A DNA stretch of 64,000 nt from Dipteris shenzhenensis. Lineage: Eukaryota. Below are positions 13,201 through 26,812 of the stretch, in pieces (the first letter of the stretch is position 1; the number at the start of each line of letters is the position of its first letter). Location of the stretch: assembly GCA_047967505.1 (NCBI GenBank), contig CM106538.1; one strand, given 5' to 3'. Both the position numbers and the translations under genes were made by a program. The notes under the pieces are model-generated. The model was not told where the DNA came from and did no database searches. It saw only the letters and a list, made by a program, of their open reading frames with translations.

Positions 13201-15048
13201 CCTTTGAATGGTAACATATGGAGGACTACACATTGGCCCTTGGTTGGAGCAGATGAGGGTGGATAGAAAATGTGAATGTTGTACAGACGTAGTGATGGAG
13301 GCAATTCCTCACTGCCTATGGGGATGCCAGGTAGCATAGAGGATTTGGTCATTAGCTTTTAGGATAGTGCGGTGAGTGCCCAATGCATGGAGTGAGACTT
13401 CATAGGGGAATGGTTGCTTGGCTCACCAAGGGTGTGCATTTTTTATTGACCCCACAATTCGACCTTTTGGATTCATGGCCAAATAGTGACCAGGATCGAG
13501 ATACACAAGGTAGTTCCTTGCAGACGAATGCACCCTATACCTTTGGTAGAGGATATTGTGTGGGAGACAATTGCTAGCATAACTACATGGCATATCTAGG
13601 TCACCCATTATAGTTGGGTAATGGGAGGCAAGCACACTACTTTGATGGGGCAACCGATTTAGTCACCATTTGGGATATCATCTGCAGTCTATGAGCTAAT
13701 TGGTAGCATTGGACTTTGGGAGCTAGAGTGACTGCCAAAAGGTGTGAGCATTTTTTCAAGGCATGGCCTACAGGCTGCTTCTATGTTCTCTCAAAGAGAG
13801 GTATCCATTGGTTGTATAGCCTACCACTTTGGTTGCTAGCCCTTGTTTTTGAGAGACTCACTAGGCCGTATGCTGGGAGCTCAAGAAATTCATTGGCCCT
13901 TTTTAGGCAGCCATCAATTTTATTTTCCTTTTCCCATGATCAGCACCTTCTTGGTTTTTACTTGGCCAACACTAGATGGCTCTTCACACTTCTCAAATCC
14001 TACAAAGCCACATGGTTAGTTGTATGTCATTAGATCATCCCTTGTCTAAAATTATTGAACATCCAAACAACTTGAACGTCCAAAAACAATGTGCCTCCAA
14101 GTAAGAACATGTCGAAAAACAATGTGCCTTCAACAAGTGAAAAACAACGTCCACATGAATTCTTTCATTTCAAGGTCAACATCTCACTGGTTTCAAGGTA
14201 TGCTTAGGCTTGTTGGTTTCATTTCCCTCAACTCTGTGATTGTTTTTTGCATGCATATCTTGAGTACCCGTGTAGGTATAGTGTAAGCGGGTTTGGTGGA
14301 CTCTGTAGGTAGTCGGCTCTTTGCTCCACGCTTGTGAGGAAAGATTGCCTTGAACACTGCATACCTTATGTAAGCTTTTGCATAGCAAGATTCAATGCCA
14401 TTATGTTTGGAGAAGCATCCTTCGCTCTTGAAGCTATAACTGCAATAGCCAGTTCCAAAGCATTCATTGGTCTACCCATCAGCTATGCCTACAAGAAAAT
14501 GAAGGCTTGTCAGAAAGAGATGTACCTTAACATATACAAGTAGGTCTATTGTCTAAGTAGCTGCATTTGATTAGAGAGTCCATTGATGGATGTAGACACC
14601 CTTCCATTCGCATTGAGTTCTCTCCTATTGGCGGTGCAACACCACCACTTGTGACCAAGGTTAGACGGACGGAACCTTGGAGCCACACAGTCCGGCCAAG
14701 GACCAAAGGTTGGCGTACAAGACCATAAGGCCCCTAGATAACACTACAGCCAATTGGTGCATAATAGGTACTAATTTGTCATAGTGTCCCAATGGTGAGG
14801 CTTTTTGAGTGTGAGGAAGAGGGTCAGGGGTTCGAATTTGGGCGAGTGCCCTATGGATGGAATATTCAGTGAATATTCGAGAGCTTGGCGATTGGTCTGC
14901 CATGGCGATCATGGATTATATTTTTGCACATGTGGCATTCATTGAACTAAAATAGAAGCGGGGTAAACCCATTATATAGTCAAGTAGTTAGATGTAGGAT
15001 AGTTCTGAGGAGCCACCGACTAGGTCACGGCCTAGTCCAGTTAGCCAC

Positions 15049-16810
15049 TGTGATGCCCAAAATTGATATTTTTATTTGGCATTGGTATTGTTTTCTTCTA
15101 TGTTTGATAAGAGTTTGAGTATCAAGTGATAGCCTATAACAAGGGAGAGGAGGGCTCCTTTTATAGAGATTTTGTCACCCTCCTTCACCCATTTACAATT
15201 GCTGCCTGTAGATTCTTTTCCCCACCAATCACATAAGCCCGTATGTCACCATCCATGTCCTTTTTGGCTACTCTTGCCATGTGTCCCATCACAAGATGCT
15301 CAAGACTGTTAAAATATTGAGAAAGTCAAGAGTAGCCCATAGGGACCCTCTCTTTTCCACATGTTCACATCCTCCTTATTCTACATAGGAATTCTAGAAG
15401 GATTCCTCTTGACTTCACACTCCTCCACATGCCTTCTACATGCTTGGCATGTGATTGCTCTTATATTATTGGAACACATGGACATGAGCCCATCTCTTTA
15501 TATGACTCATTCTTCCTATTTTCTAAAAACCCCATAATATCCCATACACAAATAACTCTCACCCCATACCAAGGTATTTATAATTCATACCCATGGTATT
15601 TACAATGATTTATTCCACTCATCCTCTCAATCCCATCACGCACCCGCTTTTCCATTGCCGTCTTCCAACCGCTTCACTACGTCTGGCTCCTCTATAGCAG
15701 CTTTGCAACGACTTCTAAGAGTCTCTGCAACCTCCTACAAGCTCAGCCACCTCCTTTGAAACCTCCAATGAATAGAGCTAAGGCGGCTACATTCCTACAC
15801 TAAGCATCTACCGGCTTTTCCAAGGAAGTAGCAGTGATTAATGAAAAGAGGTAGCCCGCATGCAATATAGTCATCACCACTAACGCGAATAGCTCTCAAG
15901 CAACTAGTCAGCCACTAAGCTAGCTCCAACGTGGCTCCCTGGCAGACTCTACAATGACGACTTTGCAACTCCATACGTTGTAGCCACGACCTCTCTAGCC
16001 TTCAGTTCCAACCTACGACGTCTAGGTGCACAACTAAAATGCAGCACTTGTGAAGGAGGAGCAGTGAAGCTCGCGAGCGAGAACCTGGGAAGAGACTGTC
16101 CACCCTCGCCATAAACGAAACTGAAGAATTGATGTGAGCTTTTGACGATGTTGACAGAATCTTCTAAGATTCTGGCACCTCACCTCATGACACGTAGCAC
16201 CATAGTGACCCTCCTTATCTCCAACCCAAGGTTGGTTCTCACACTGCCATGTGGCATACATCTAACCACACCCACACTTGGTTAGCCTTATGCCATGTGT
16301 AGATAAGTGTTATTCTTGGGTCATGTTAACCCCTGGTTAGGTCACCAAAGTAAGGTTTGGTTAAGATCTTGACATGTGGCACTCTTATCCTCAACCGCCA
16401 CATCATCATCTTATCCACAATGCCATGTCATTTACCACAGTGGCAACCGCGTCAGCAAGCCATGTCATTTTGCCAACTCATCAACCACATCATTACTGCC
16501 ACATCAGCATAGCCACATCAGCTACCACATCATCTACCACATCATCTGCCACATCATCAACTGCCACATCATCAGTGCCATGTGGCACGTTGATTCTCTG
16601 CAGGCACACATAGTGATCCACAGTCACTTCATGTGACCACTCTTACCACCTCAGCACAATGCTCCACCGGCACACCTCTTGCTAAGCATAGTGCCACATC
16701 ATCACTGCATGTGACCGACAGTGACACATCATCATTGAGCACCATTTGCACTCCTTTTGCCCCTCCACCTAGATGAGACCCAGATCAAGTCGTATCTCTT
16801 GATCTAGGAA
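15049..16810 (+). mobile_element. Possible long Ty3/gypsy LTR fragment
   Basis: Starts TGTGATGCCC, an LTR-like terminus. Non-coding, with many GCCACATCA motifs at 16370-16740. No matching second end found. Confidence 0.3.
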
Positions 16811-17527
16811 GAATTTGAGGGTGCTCCAAAAAAGAAAGTCGCTCGTTTTTTTGTGCTCTACGCACTCGTCATATCATGTGCACATTTTGGTGCAAGTTAC
16901 ACTCACATTTGAGCCTTGCCGACAAAACCACTTCCTTCACACACATTCGCCTCTACATCGATGCATCTGACGCAGCACTTAAAAAGAACAAAAGAAAAGG
17001 AATTATTTGCTATTCTTTCATCGATCGATGGTTGGTATAGATCTAGATCAGAGTAGACTAGATCGCCATAGAGGGGACGCTTTAAATTTCCCCAAGTTGC
17101 CAATCTAATCCATGCTCGAAATTCCCGACTAGTACCTACTCGGAGTCAGTCCATACGCTCACATACAGTTTCACATCATTACATTACCTAAAACCTTACA
17201 TTCATCAGTTCAGTGAGTAGACTTCAGAGAGTACAGAGGCATTGTAGATTATTTCAGTGGGCAAATAGCATTTGATTGCACACACACATGCCACCATTGT
17301 AAAGCCTATTTGGCTATCTCACGGCATTGTGTACATCATTTCAGCCTTGTAAAGCCTCTCGGCTATTCCTGACATCATTGCCACAAGCCTTGTAATACAT
17401 ATCATATTTTATATATTGCAGTTCTATCTTCACCGGCAATTCAGAGATTTCACTTGCCACAGTCAGTGTATTTGCAATTGATTCATACAGAGATTTTCAC
17501 GACACTTTTGAGTACATTTCTTGCACT

Positions 17528-20500
17528 ATGTCTATGACTAGCAACCTCAATCTGGAGGCATCTGCTAAGTTAGACAACTCCAATTACGATATATGGAAAT
17601 ACCAAATGGAGACCATTCTTGTACTTCAGGACAAATGGGAGTATGTCGATGGATCTACACCTAGACCATTGGCCGATCTAGCCACAAGTAGCAATGGGAT
17701 CTACAACTAAAACAATTTTTGCACCAGTAGCATATCGTGCCATTGCCCGAGCTCAGGCAAAATGGGATAAGAAAGAGAAGTATGCCTATCATCTGATCAA
17801 GAAGAATGTGCAAGATGTCATGCTAGGACAACTCAACACAGTCAAGACATTGAAAGAAACATGGCATATGATCGCATCTCTCTACGAGTCTAAGAACACA
17901 TCCAGGATTCTCACCCTGAGAAACCAAATCAGCTAGAGTTTCTACAACAGTAGTGAAACCAGTCATGCTTATGTACTCCACATAAAAGACTACAACAATC
18001 AACTTGCAACAGCAGGAGAGACTATGAACCCCACAGAAATGGTTCAAGTCATTCTGAATGGACTAGGAGAGGGATACGAGAATCTAGTCTAGAGTATTGA
18101 CATCTAATGATAAATTTCAACACTCGAAGAACTTCAGTCAATTCTACTTGGTGAAGAACTCAGGACTCAGGCAATCCAAGCACGTAAAGGTCATTCTAAT
18201 GATCAAGCATTCACAGCTTCAGACAGAAGCAGAGGCAGAGGTAGATGATATCAGAAAAGTGGTCATCATCAGCAACAAAATAAAAGTCAGCATCATCGTC
18301 AGCATCAACAGCATCAGAATCAGCAAAGAGGAAATCATTCCAATCGAGGAAGATTTCAAGGACGAGGGAATGCATCCACCAATACGTCAAACATTCAGTG
18401 CAACTACTGTTACAATTTTGGACACTATGAAAGAGATTGCCGCAAGAAGTAGTACGATCAAGGCGGTCAATCCAGCAGGAATCGAGGGAATTCCAGAGGC
18501 AAAGGAAATCATCATGGTGGACATTCTAGTCACAGTCATTTTGAAAATGAACATGGAAATATGTTTCTTGCAAGTGAGGAAATGCATCAGATTGATACAA
18601 TGTACCTAGACACTGATTACAATCCCAAAGATGATTTTAGCTATCAAGTCGACCAAGTGGAACATGATCCTTGGTATATCAACGGCGGTGCATCATCTCA
18701 CATGAAAAATCATCAGGAATGGTTCACAGAAATGAAGCCATTAGAAGGTCAGAAGAATGTCATCTACATAGCAAACAATACACCAAATCCAGTTCAAGGG
18801 ATAGGTGTTATCCCTATGAACAATTTCACTGGTACAAAAGGATTAGTGAAAGATGTGCTCTATGTTCCGAAGCTCAGCAAGTACCTTTTGTCAATAGGTC
18901 AAATGATGGAACACAATTATCGAGTCATCTTCAACGATGATGAATGCACTGTCAGAGATAAATCCAAAAGATGTCAAGGAAGGACGCTTATACAAAATGC
19001 TAGTTGTAGTACCAGATAAGCATGCCATGTCAGCTCAACCGTAACAAATGCCACTATCTGCAAAATGGCACAAGAGATATGGTCATGTCAACTTCAAGTA
19101 CTTGTTAGATCTCAGGAATCAGAATATGGCAATTGGGATTACGAAGCTACAGTTTCTTGGAAAAGTTTGCGAAGCATGGATTTGGCAAACAAAAGCGAAC
19201 CAACTTTGGCAGAAGTACCTCTCGTGCATGAGGTATTATTGATTTGATACATACAGATGTATGGGGTTATGCCCAGACTCGCAGCATCAATGGTTCACTT
19301 TACTACTTGACTTTCATTGACGACTACAGCAAATATTGTTGGGTCTAGTTTCTGAAAGAGAAATCTGAAGTGTTTTCCAAATTTCAAGAATTCAAAGCCA
19401 TGGTAGAAAACCAGACAGGTAGAAAGATCAAGGTCATGAGATCAAATAGAGGAGGTGAATACATGTCTTTAGCATTCATGAACTTTTGCAAAAATCATGG
19501 CATTCGAAGACAATTCACATGTGCAGATACCCTCAGCAGAATGCAAGAGCTGAAAGGAAGAATGGGACTTTAGCAGACAGTGCTAAAGCAATGTTTAGTG
19601 AAAAGCATCTTCCGAATCAATATTGGGTGAAAGCAATAGCTACAATAAACTACTTGCTTAATTGGCTTCCTATTGAACCGATACAAGGTATGACTCCTTA
19701 TGAAGCATTCACTAGACACAAGCCACACCACAAGCCACACATTAGGCATCTCTGCATATTTCTTTGCATAGCATATGCCCACATACATGATGATCATCGC
19801 AGGAAATTGGATGCAAAGTCATGCAAATGCATCATGGTTGGCTACAGTGAAGAAAGCAAAGCATACAAATTGTATGATCCCATCAACCGCAAGGTCATTA
19901 TCTCCAGAGATGTAATCTTTGATGAGGAATGAGAATGGAAAACCTCACCTACATAGGAGATAGAAGCATCAACTTCACAGTCATTTACAGAACAGGTTGA
20001 TGAAGAAGAGCAAGAATTACTAGCAACACCCCAAGCAGAGCCACAGTAGCTCAGATGGTCTAGTAGGGAAAGTAGACCTCTAGCCAGATTGACATATGCT
20101 CAGAAAGGCAAAGCAATTCAGGTGGGAACCACCAACTATGCTCTTATGACTACCATCTTGGCTATAGAAGAGCCAGTGTACTTCGAAGATGTAGTAGACA
20201 AGCCAGAATGGCAAAATGCTATGTATAAGAATAATACTTGGGAATTATGCGACCTTCCACCAAGAAAGAAGGCCATAACAAACAAATGGGTATACAAAGT
20301 GAAGTACAATCTAGATGGCAGTATTCAAAGATACAAAGCTAAACTAGTTGCAAAAGGATTTGCACAGCAATATGATCAAGATTATGATGAGACTTATGCT
20401 CCAGTAGCAAACATGGATTGCATATGGTTCTTGATATCCCTAGCGACACTGAGCAGATGGAATGTGTACCAGCTCGATGTTAAGAATGCATTTTTCAATT

Positions 20501-21560
20501 GTTATCTAGATGAGGAAGTCTACATGCAATAACTAGTAGATTATGTTGAACCAGGAAAGGAGAATAAGGTTTGCCATCTCAAGAAAAGTCTTTATGGCTT
20601 AAAGCAAGCACCCAGAAGTTGGTACAACAGAATTGATAAGTATTTTGCTAATCTGGGATACATGAAGTCCAATGTAGATCATACTCTCTACTACAAAGTT
20701 CAAGGGGAAGACATTACTATTGCACTTTTGTATGTAGATGATCTGATTGTGATAGGAAGCAAGGATAGCTTCATCAAAAAACTGAAACAAGACTTATCTA
20801 TAGAGTTCGACATGGAAGTTCTTGGACTTATGCACTATTGTCTTAGAATTGAGTTCTAGAGAGATTCAGATAGCACATTCATGAGTCAACTCAAGTATGT
20901 TGGCAGTCTCCTCAAGAAGTTTCATATGGCAGATTGCAAGATTGCAGCCACTCCCATGGAACAGAGTTTGAAACTTACTAAAGATTCAGAAAAGCCTACA
21001 ATCAATGATAGGTACTACAGGAAGCCCATCGGATCTCTTATATATCTGACAATCACACGGCCAGATATTTGTTATCCAGTAAGCTCACTAGCACAGCTTA
21101 TGGCAAATCCAAAATAGTCTCGCCAAAAGAGTCTTGAGATACATCAAAGGTACAAGACAGTTTGGGATAGAATACAGAGGAAGTAATCCCCAGTTTCATG
21201 GATACTATGACAGTGACTATGCCGGAGATCATGAGACCAGGAGATCGACACAGGGATATGCATTTTTCCTTGACCAAGGTACTATATCATGGTTGTCAAA
21301 CAAACAGCCAACTATTTCTTTGTCTTTGATTGAAGCTAGATATAGAGCACTCATTATAGGTGCATGTGAGGCTATATGGCTCAGAAGACTATTGTCAAAA
21401 ACAGATTACTTTGATGAGTCAAAGCCAACAACAATATATTGTGATAATCAATCGGCTCAAGCATTGGCCAAAAATCCAGTATATCACTCCAGGACGAAGC
21501 ACATGATGTCAGAGAGCACTTCATCAGAGAAAGAGTGTCCTGGGAAAGATACAATTAACT
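17528..21560 (+). mobile_element. Ty1/copia gag-pol pseudogene (gag, PR, INT, RT, RNase H); LTRs not identified
   Basis: 'KLDNSNYDIWKYQM', knuckle 'CNYCYNFGHYERDC', PR 'WYINGGASSH', 'KWHKRYGH', INT 'TFIDDYS' and 'ISRDVIFDE', RT 'YQLDVKNAF' and 'LYVDD', RNase H 'DSDYAGD' and 'YCDNQSA'. Many stops. Confidence 0.95.
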
Positions 21561-21574
21561 TTGGACCTTTCGTA

Positions 21575-22263
21575 TCCAACCACATCATGGACTTATTTCA
21601 CTTCTGTCCACCATTATATTTTGCTCTGTGTGTGTGTGTGTGTGTGTGTAGCCCCATCTATCATCCAATCGCCTCACCTCTCGAGCTTAGTTCTCATGGC
21701 TATAAAGCACATGACGTGAAACACACTTAATCCTTTACTCTCCTTGAGAACCAAGGCTAACTTCTAAAAGAGGTTAGATTAGATCACTTAGGGAAGAGGA
21801 TGTTGGCTTATCTCTAGACATACTGCCAGCTCGATGCTCCTAAGAAAAATACAAATACCTTTAATGATTACTAGTCCAAACACATCATGGCCTTGTCTTA
21901 TTTCACTTCTGGCCTACCATTATATTTTTTCGTCCCCTCTCTCTCTCTCTCTCTCTCAGTGTAGTGCCACCTATCATCCAATCGCCTCACGTCTCAAGCT
22001 TAGTTCTCATGGCTATCGTCCACATGACATGAAACATATTTGATGCTTTACTCTCATTGAGAAGCAAGGCTAGCTTCTCAAAACGAAGGTTAGATTAGAT
22101 CACTTAGGGTAGAGGGTGCAAGCTTATCTCTAGACATATTGCCAGGTCATCAAGATGATCCTACGAAAGATACAATCACATTTAATGATTACTGGTCCCA
22201 ACCACATCCATGGCCTTGTCTTATTTCACTTCTGCCCTACCATTATATTCTTTCATCCTCTCT

Positions 22264-22315
<52 letters not shown>

Positions 22316-22922
22316 CCCCACCTATCATCCAATCGCCTCACGTCTTGAGCTTTAGTTCTCATGGCTATAGTCCACATGACATGAAACATATTTGATGCTT
22401 TACTCTCATTGAGAAGCAAGGCTAGCTTCTCAAAACGAAGGTTAGATTAGAATACTTAGGGTAGAGGGTGCAAGCTTATCTCTAGACATATTTCCAGGTC
22501 ATCAAGATGCTCCTACAAAAGATACAATCACATTTAATGATTACTGATATCCAATCACCTCAACTCTGGAGGTTACTTCTCATGGCTATAATGCACATGA
22601 CATGAAACATACATAATCCTTTACTCTCCTTGAGAGGTTGATTAGACCAACCACATCATCGCCTTGTCTCTAACTAATACACTAACTTAATTCACTTCTG
22701 TACATCAATATATTTTCCCTCTCTCTCTCTCTCCCTCTCTCTCTCTCTCTCGCCTCTATTATCTTTTAGTTCTTTAGTCTCAATAATATAATCATCTAGA
22801 AACTATAAGATCATAATGGTTTGGATGATTTTAAAAATGTAGCTTACATTTAATGATTACTGGTCCAAACACATCATGGCCTTGTCTTATTTCACTTCTA
22901 GCCTACCATTATATTTTTTCGT

Positions 22923-22966
<44 letters not shown>

Positions 22967-23249
22967 GCCCCACCTATCATCCAATCACCTCATGTCTCAA
23001 TCTTAGTTCTCATGGCTATAGTCCACATGACATGAAACATATTTGATGCTTTACTCTCATTGAGAAGCAAGGCTAGCTTCTCAAAACGAAGGTTAGGTTA
23101 GATCACTTAGGGTAGAGGGTGCAAGCTTATCTCTAGACATATTGCCAGGTCATCAAGATGCTCCTACAAAAGATACAATCACATTTAATGATTACTGGTC
23201 CAACCACATCATGGCCTTGTCTTATTTCACTTCTACCCTACCATTATAT

Positions 23250-23334
<85 letters not shown>

Positions 23335-24003
23335 GCCCCACCTATCATCCAATCGCCTCATGTCTCGAGCTTAGTTCTCATGGCTATAGTCCACATGACA
23401 TGAAACATATTTGATGCTTTACTCTCATTGAGAAGCAAGGCTAGCTTCTCAAAACAAAGGTTAGATTAGATCACTTAGGGTAGAGGGTGCAAGCTTATCT
23501 CTAGACATATTGCCAGGTCATCAAGATGCTCCTAGGAAAGATACAATTACATTTAATGATTACTGATATCCAATCGCCTCACCTCTGGAGGTTACTTCTC
23601 ATGGCTATAATGCACATGACATGAAACATATATAATCCTTTACTCTCCTTGAGAGGTTGATTAGATCACTTAGGGTCCAACCACATCATCGCCTTGTCTC
23701 TAACTAATACACTAACTTAATTCACTTCTGTACATCAATATATTTTCCCTCTCTCTCTCTCTCCCTCTCTCTCTCTCTCTCGCCTCTATTATCTTTTAGT
23801 TCTTTAGTCTCAATAATATAATCATCTAGAAACTATAAGATCATAATGGTTTGGATGATTTTAAAAATGTAGCTTACATTTAATGATTACTGGTCCAACC
23901 ACATCATCGCCTCCATTATCTTTTAGTTCTTCCATCTCAATAATATAATCATCTACAAACTTAATTCATTTCTGTTCACCATTATATTTTTTCTCTCTCT
24001 CTC

Positions 24004-24037
<34 letters not shown>

Positions 24038-24475
24038 CTCTCCTAAGAGATATGCACTGACAAAGCAGGCATTGAGGTATGAGACTCTACACACAGAGCA
24101 GCACAGCAAGGTCCACAATAGAAGAGATCATGCTGAGCCAATAGAAAAGGATTGTAGAAAAGGCTGGTAGTTTAGCATGCAACTGTGTTGTAGGTTGGGC
24201 TACTGTAGGATGGGCTAGTGTAGGTTGGGCGAGAGAGAGAGAGAGAGATGTACCATGTTTTTGAAAAAACATGGTTCTTAGTTCAGTTTTCCCCTCCCAA
24301 GAATCTAAGTGTCCACGAATTATAAGATCAGAATGGTTTTAATGAATGTAGCTTGTCTCAAACAATGCAAACTCACATACACACACACAATGTGTCCTAA
24401 GGAAGCAAAGAATTCATGAATTATCAGATCGGGATGATTTCAATGATTTTGAAAATGTAGCTGGTCTTAAACGAT

Positions 24476-24513
<38 letters not shown>

Positions 24514-24872
24514 CGTGTCCTAAGGAAGCAAAGAATTCCAAATAGAAAGCAAAGTCAATTGAAAAGCAAGGCTAGCTTCTCAAAATGAAGGTTATATTAG
24601 ATCACTTAGGGTAGACAGTGCAAGCTTATCTCTAGACATATTGCCAGGTCATCAAGATGCCCCTACGAAAGATACAATTACATTTAATGATTACTGGTCC
24701 AACCCCATCATTGCCTTGTCTCTAACTAATACACTAACTTTCTGTCCACCATTATATTTTCCCTCTCTCTCTCTCCCTCTCTCTCTCTCTCTCTCGCCTC
24801 CATTATCTTTTAGTTCTTCCGTCTCAATAATATAATCATCTAGAAACTATAAGATCATAACGGTTTGGATGA
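21575..24872. repeat. Tandem satellite of ~300-370-bp units, each with an embedded (CT)n or (GT)n tract, plus a higher-order duplication
   Basis: Unit CCAACCACATCATGGCCTTG...TGTAGCCCCACCTATCATCC...GATTACTGGT recurs at ~21575, 21876, 22196, 22861 and 23199. Variant units at ~22546, 23566 and 24560. Confidence 0.9.
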
Positions 24873-25262
24873 TTAATCCAACTAACACAGAAAGCAATCG
24901 AGGATGCTGCACCAGAGTACGACATGTCCGATGAGTAGTTCATGAATTTGAAGAGGGAATTCTTTGGGGATAGGACAACGGAGATGAAGAATCTGGCACC
25001 TCAAGCCAACATGAAGTTCAAGATCAACCACAAAAGGGAGTCCAATTGGACACTGTAGTAGCTGATGCACTCCGCGATGGGGTATGTAGCTTTGCCAGCT
25101 TCATCATGTGATTCAAAATCATCTTCAGTATAATTCTAGATTCCATTTTAGGAACAAAAATCATTGCTTTTTCTTCAACTGGTAGGGAATAAAAAATAGG
25201 GTTTAGGGTTTAGAGTAGAAAACCCAAGCAAATTTTATGACTTTTAAACCCAAGACATCCAC

Positions 25263-25486
25263 ATCTTATTTTTCATTCCCTAAATCAAATTTGGGAGGCC
25301 TCTGACACCCTAGCAACCATGTCCATCATTTTCAAGCCAAAAACCATCTAGAAACCTTAAATCTGACATCATGCGACTAGAGCCCTATTTAGGGTTTCGA
25401 GGGGGTTTTTGGCTTAAAAATGATGCACATGGTTGCTAGGGTGTCAGAGGCCTGCCAAATTTGATTTAGGGAATGAAAAATAAGAT
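25263..25486. repeat. Long inverted repeat (hairpin A)
   Basis: ATCTTATTTTTCATTCCCTAAATCAAATTTGG... pairs with ...CCAAATTTGATTTAGGGAATGAAAAATAAGAT; arms ~90 bp. Confidence 0.9.
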
Positions 25487-25660
25487 TGAGGGTTTAGGGT
25501 ACAAAACCCAAGGAAGTGTTATGATTTTGAACCTAGGACATCCTGCCACTGTCACACTTGCCTTGCCACTTTTCCCTACCACTTGCCCCTTACACATGCC
25601 CCTGCCACTTGCCCCTCCCATTCCATTTGTGTAAACAGGGTTATGGTTTTTTCACATATT

Positions 25661-25907
25661 AAAATCATATCTTTAAGAAATATTATTTGGGAGGCCATTG
25701 GGACCCTAGCAACCATGCCCATAAATTTTATGCCAAAAAACCCCCTGCTAGTCCGAAATCCGACATCATGCGACCTGCAGAAACTGGGCTCTGGTCGCAT
25801 GATGTCAGATTTTGGACTGGCAGGGGTTTTTTGGGCATAAAATTTATGGGCATGGTTGCTAGGGTCTGAGTGGCCTCCCAAATAAGATTTCTTAAAGATA
25901 TGATTTT
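25661..25907. repeat. Long inverted repeat (hairpin B), related to hairpin A
   Basis: AAAATCATATCTTTAAGAAAT...GACATCATGCGACC pairs with GGTCGCATGATGTC...ATTTCTTAAAGATATGATTTT; arms ~115 bp. Confidence 0.9.
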
Positions 25908-26719
25908 TACTTGGAAAAAAACCCTTATTCTTATTAATTCTTGAAAAATGATATTTTATTAATTTATATAATCTTTGGATTTTGATGTAATATGTTGGTT
26001 GCAGGATATTTTATGAGTTGATGAGTATGTCGGACGCAAGGGTTCCACCAGAGGGCCTTCTGCTGGGGGGATGGCATCGATTGGCCACTACATCAATAGA
26101 GTGGCTCAACACATTTTGGTGTTCCATCAACAACTATTGCCAGATGGAAATATAAACGTCATGAAGTTCAGGGTCCTCAGTCGGATGGTGAAGATGAGGC
26201 CCATCCATCCTACTACCGATCATGTTGTTCTAATTAGGCATAGTGTAGCTTTATTTTTATTCTCAGACACATGATCTGGTCCGCTTCATAGTATTATAGC
26301 TATTGTAGGGCTAGCTAGCATTACAGATCCCTTGGTTATAGAGAATGAAATTGTGCAGCCCTCTCTGCTTCAGCAAGCAAAAAAGGGATCTGAGCGAAGT
26401 AGGAAGAAGTGTAGACTAGAGTAGCTTAGGCATTCAAGCTTTGATGATCTTTGTGATACTACTCAATGTAAATAAAGAGTGCCATTTTTAAACAATTTTC
26501 TCTTCCCGTTTACAGAACATTGTTTCCTTTTCTATGTTAAGTAAAATTGAGTATTATTTCCTTTTGCATGTTCTATTAAGATTTGATGTTTATTATTTCA
26601 TTTTGCTTTTGTATACATTGAGAGTGCATGTAAGTAAATTAATAGATTGCAAATACATTGAAAATAAATTTAAGATTGCACATGCAAAGACAATTCTAAA
26701 AAAGACATTTTATTATATT

Positions 26720-26796
26720 GATGCCCGTAGGCAGAGTACAAGGTAGATGCCCGTAGGCAAAGTACAAGATAGATGCTCGTAGATAGAGTACAAGGT
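26720..26796. repeat. Three copies of a 26-bp repeat just 3' of the H3-like gene
   Basis: GATGCCCGTAGGCAGAGTACAAGGTA x3, slightly divergent. Confidence 0.85.
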
Positions 26797-26812
26797 GGAG
26801 CATACAAAATCC

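Larger units (their letters stand above)
24880..26423 (+). pseudogene. Decayed 3' exons of an unknown spliced gene, convergent with the H3-like gene
   Basis: Acidic exon 'QKAIEDAAPEYDMSDE...QLDTVVADALRDG' ending at GTATGT (~25082). Acceptor TTGCAG at ~26004, then 'MASIGHYINRVAQH...'. Acceptor TTCTCAG at ~26266. Basic C-terminus 'AKKGSERSRKKCRLE*'. Confidence 0.4.

Noticed and set aside
10230-14900. Possible decayed LINE tail (~10300-11100) and retroelement accessory coding sequence, with short direct repeats at ~12795-12885
   Set aside because: No diagnostic motif clear enough to assign.
25197-25213. Interstitial telomere
   Set aside because: Only about two TTTAGGG units; part of a repeat unit, not an array.
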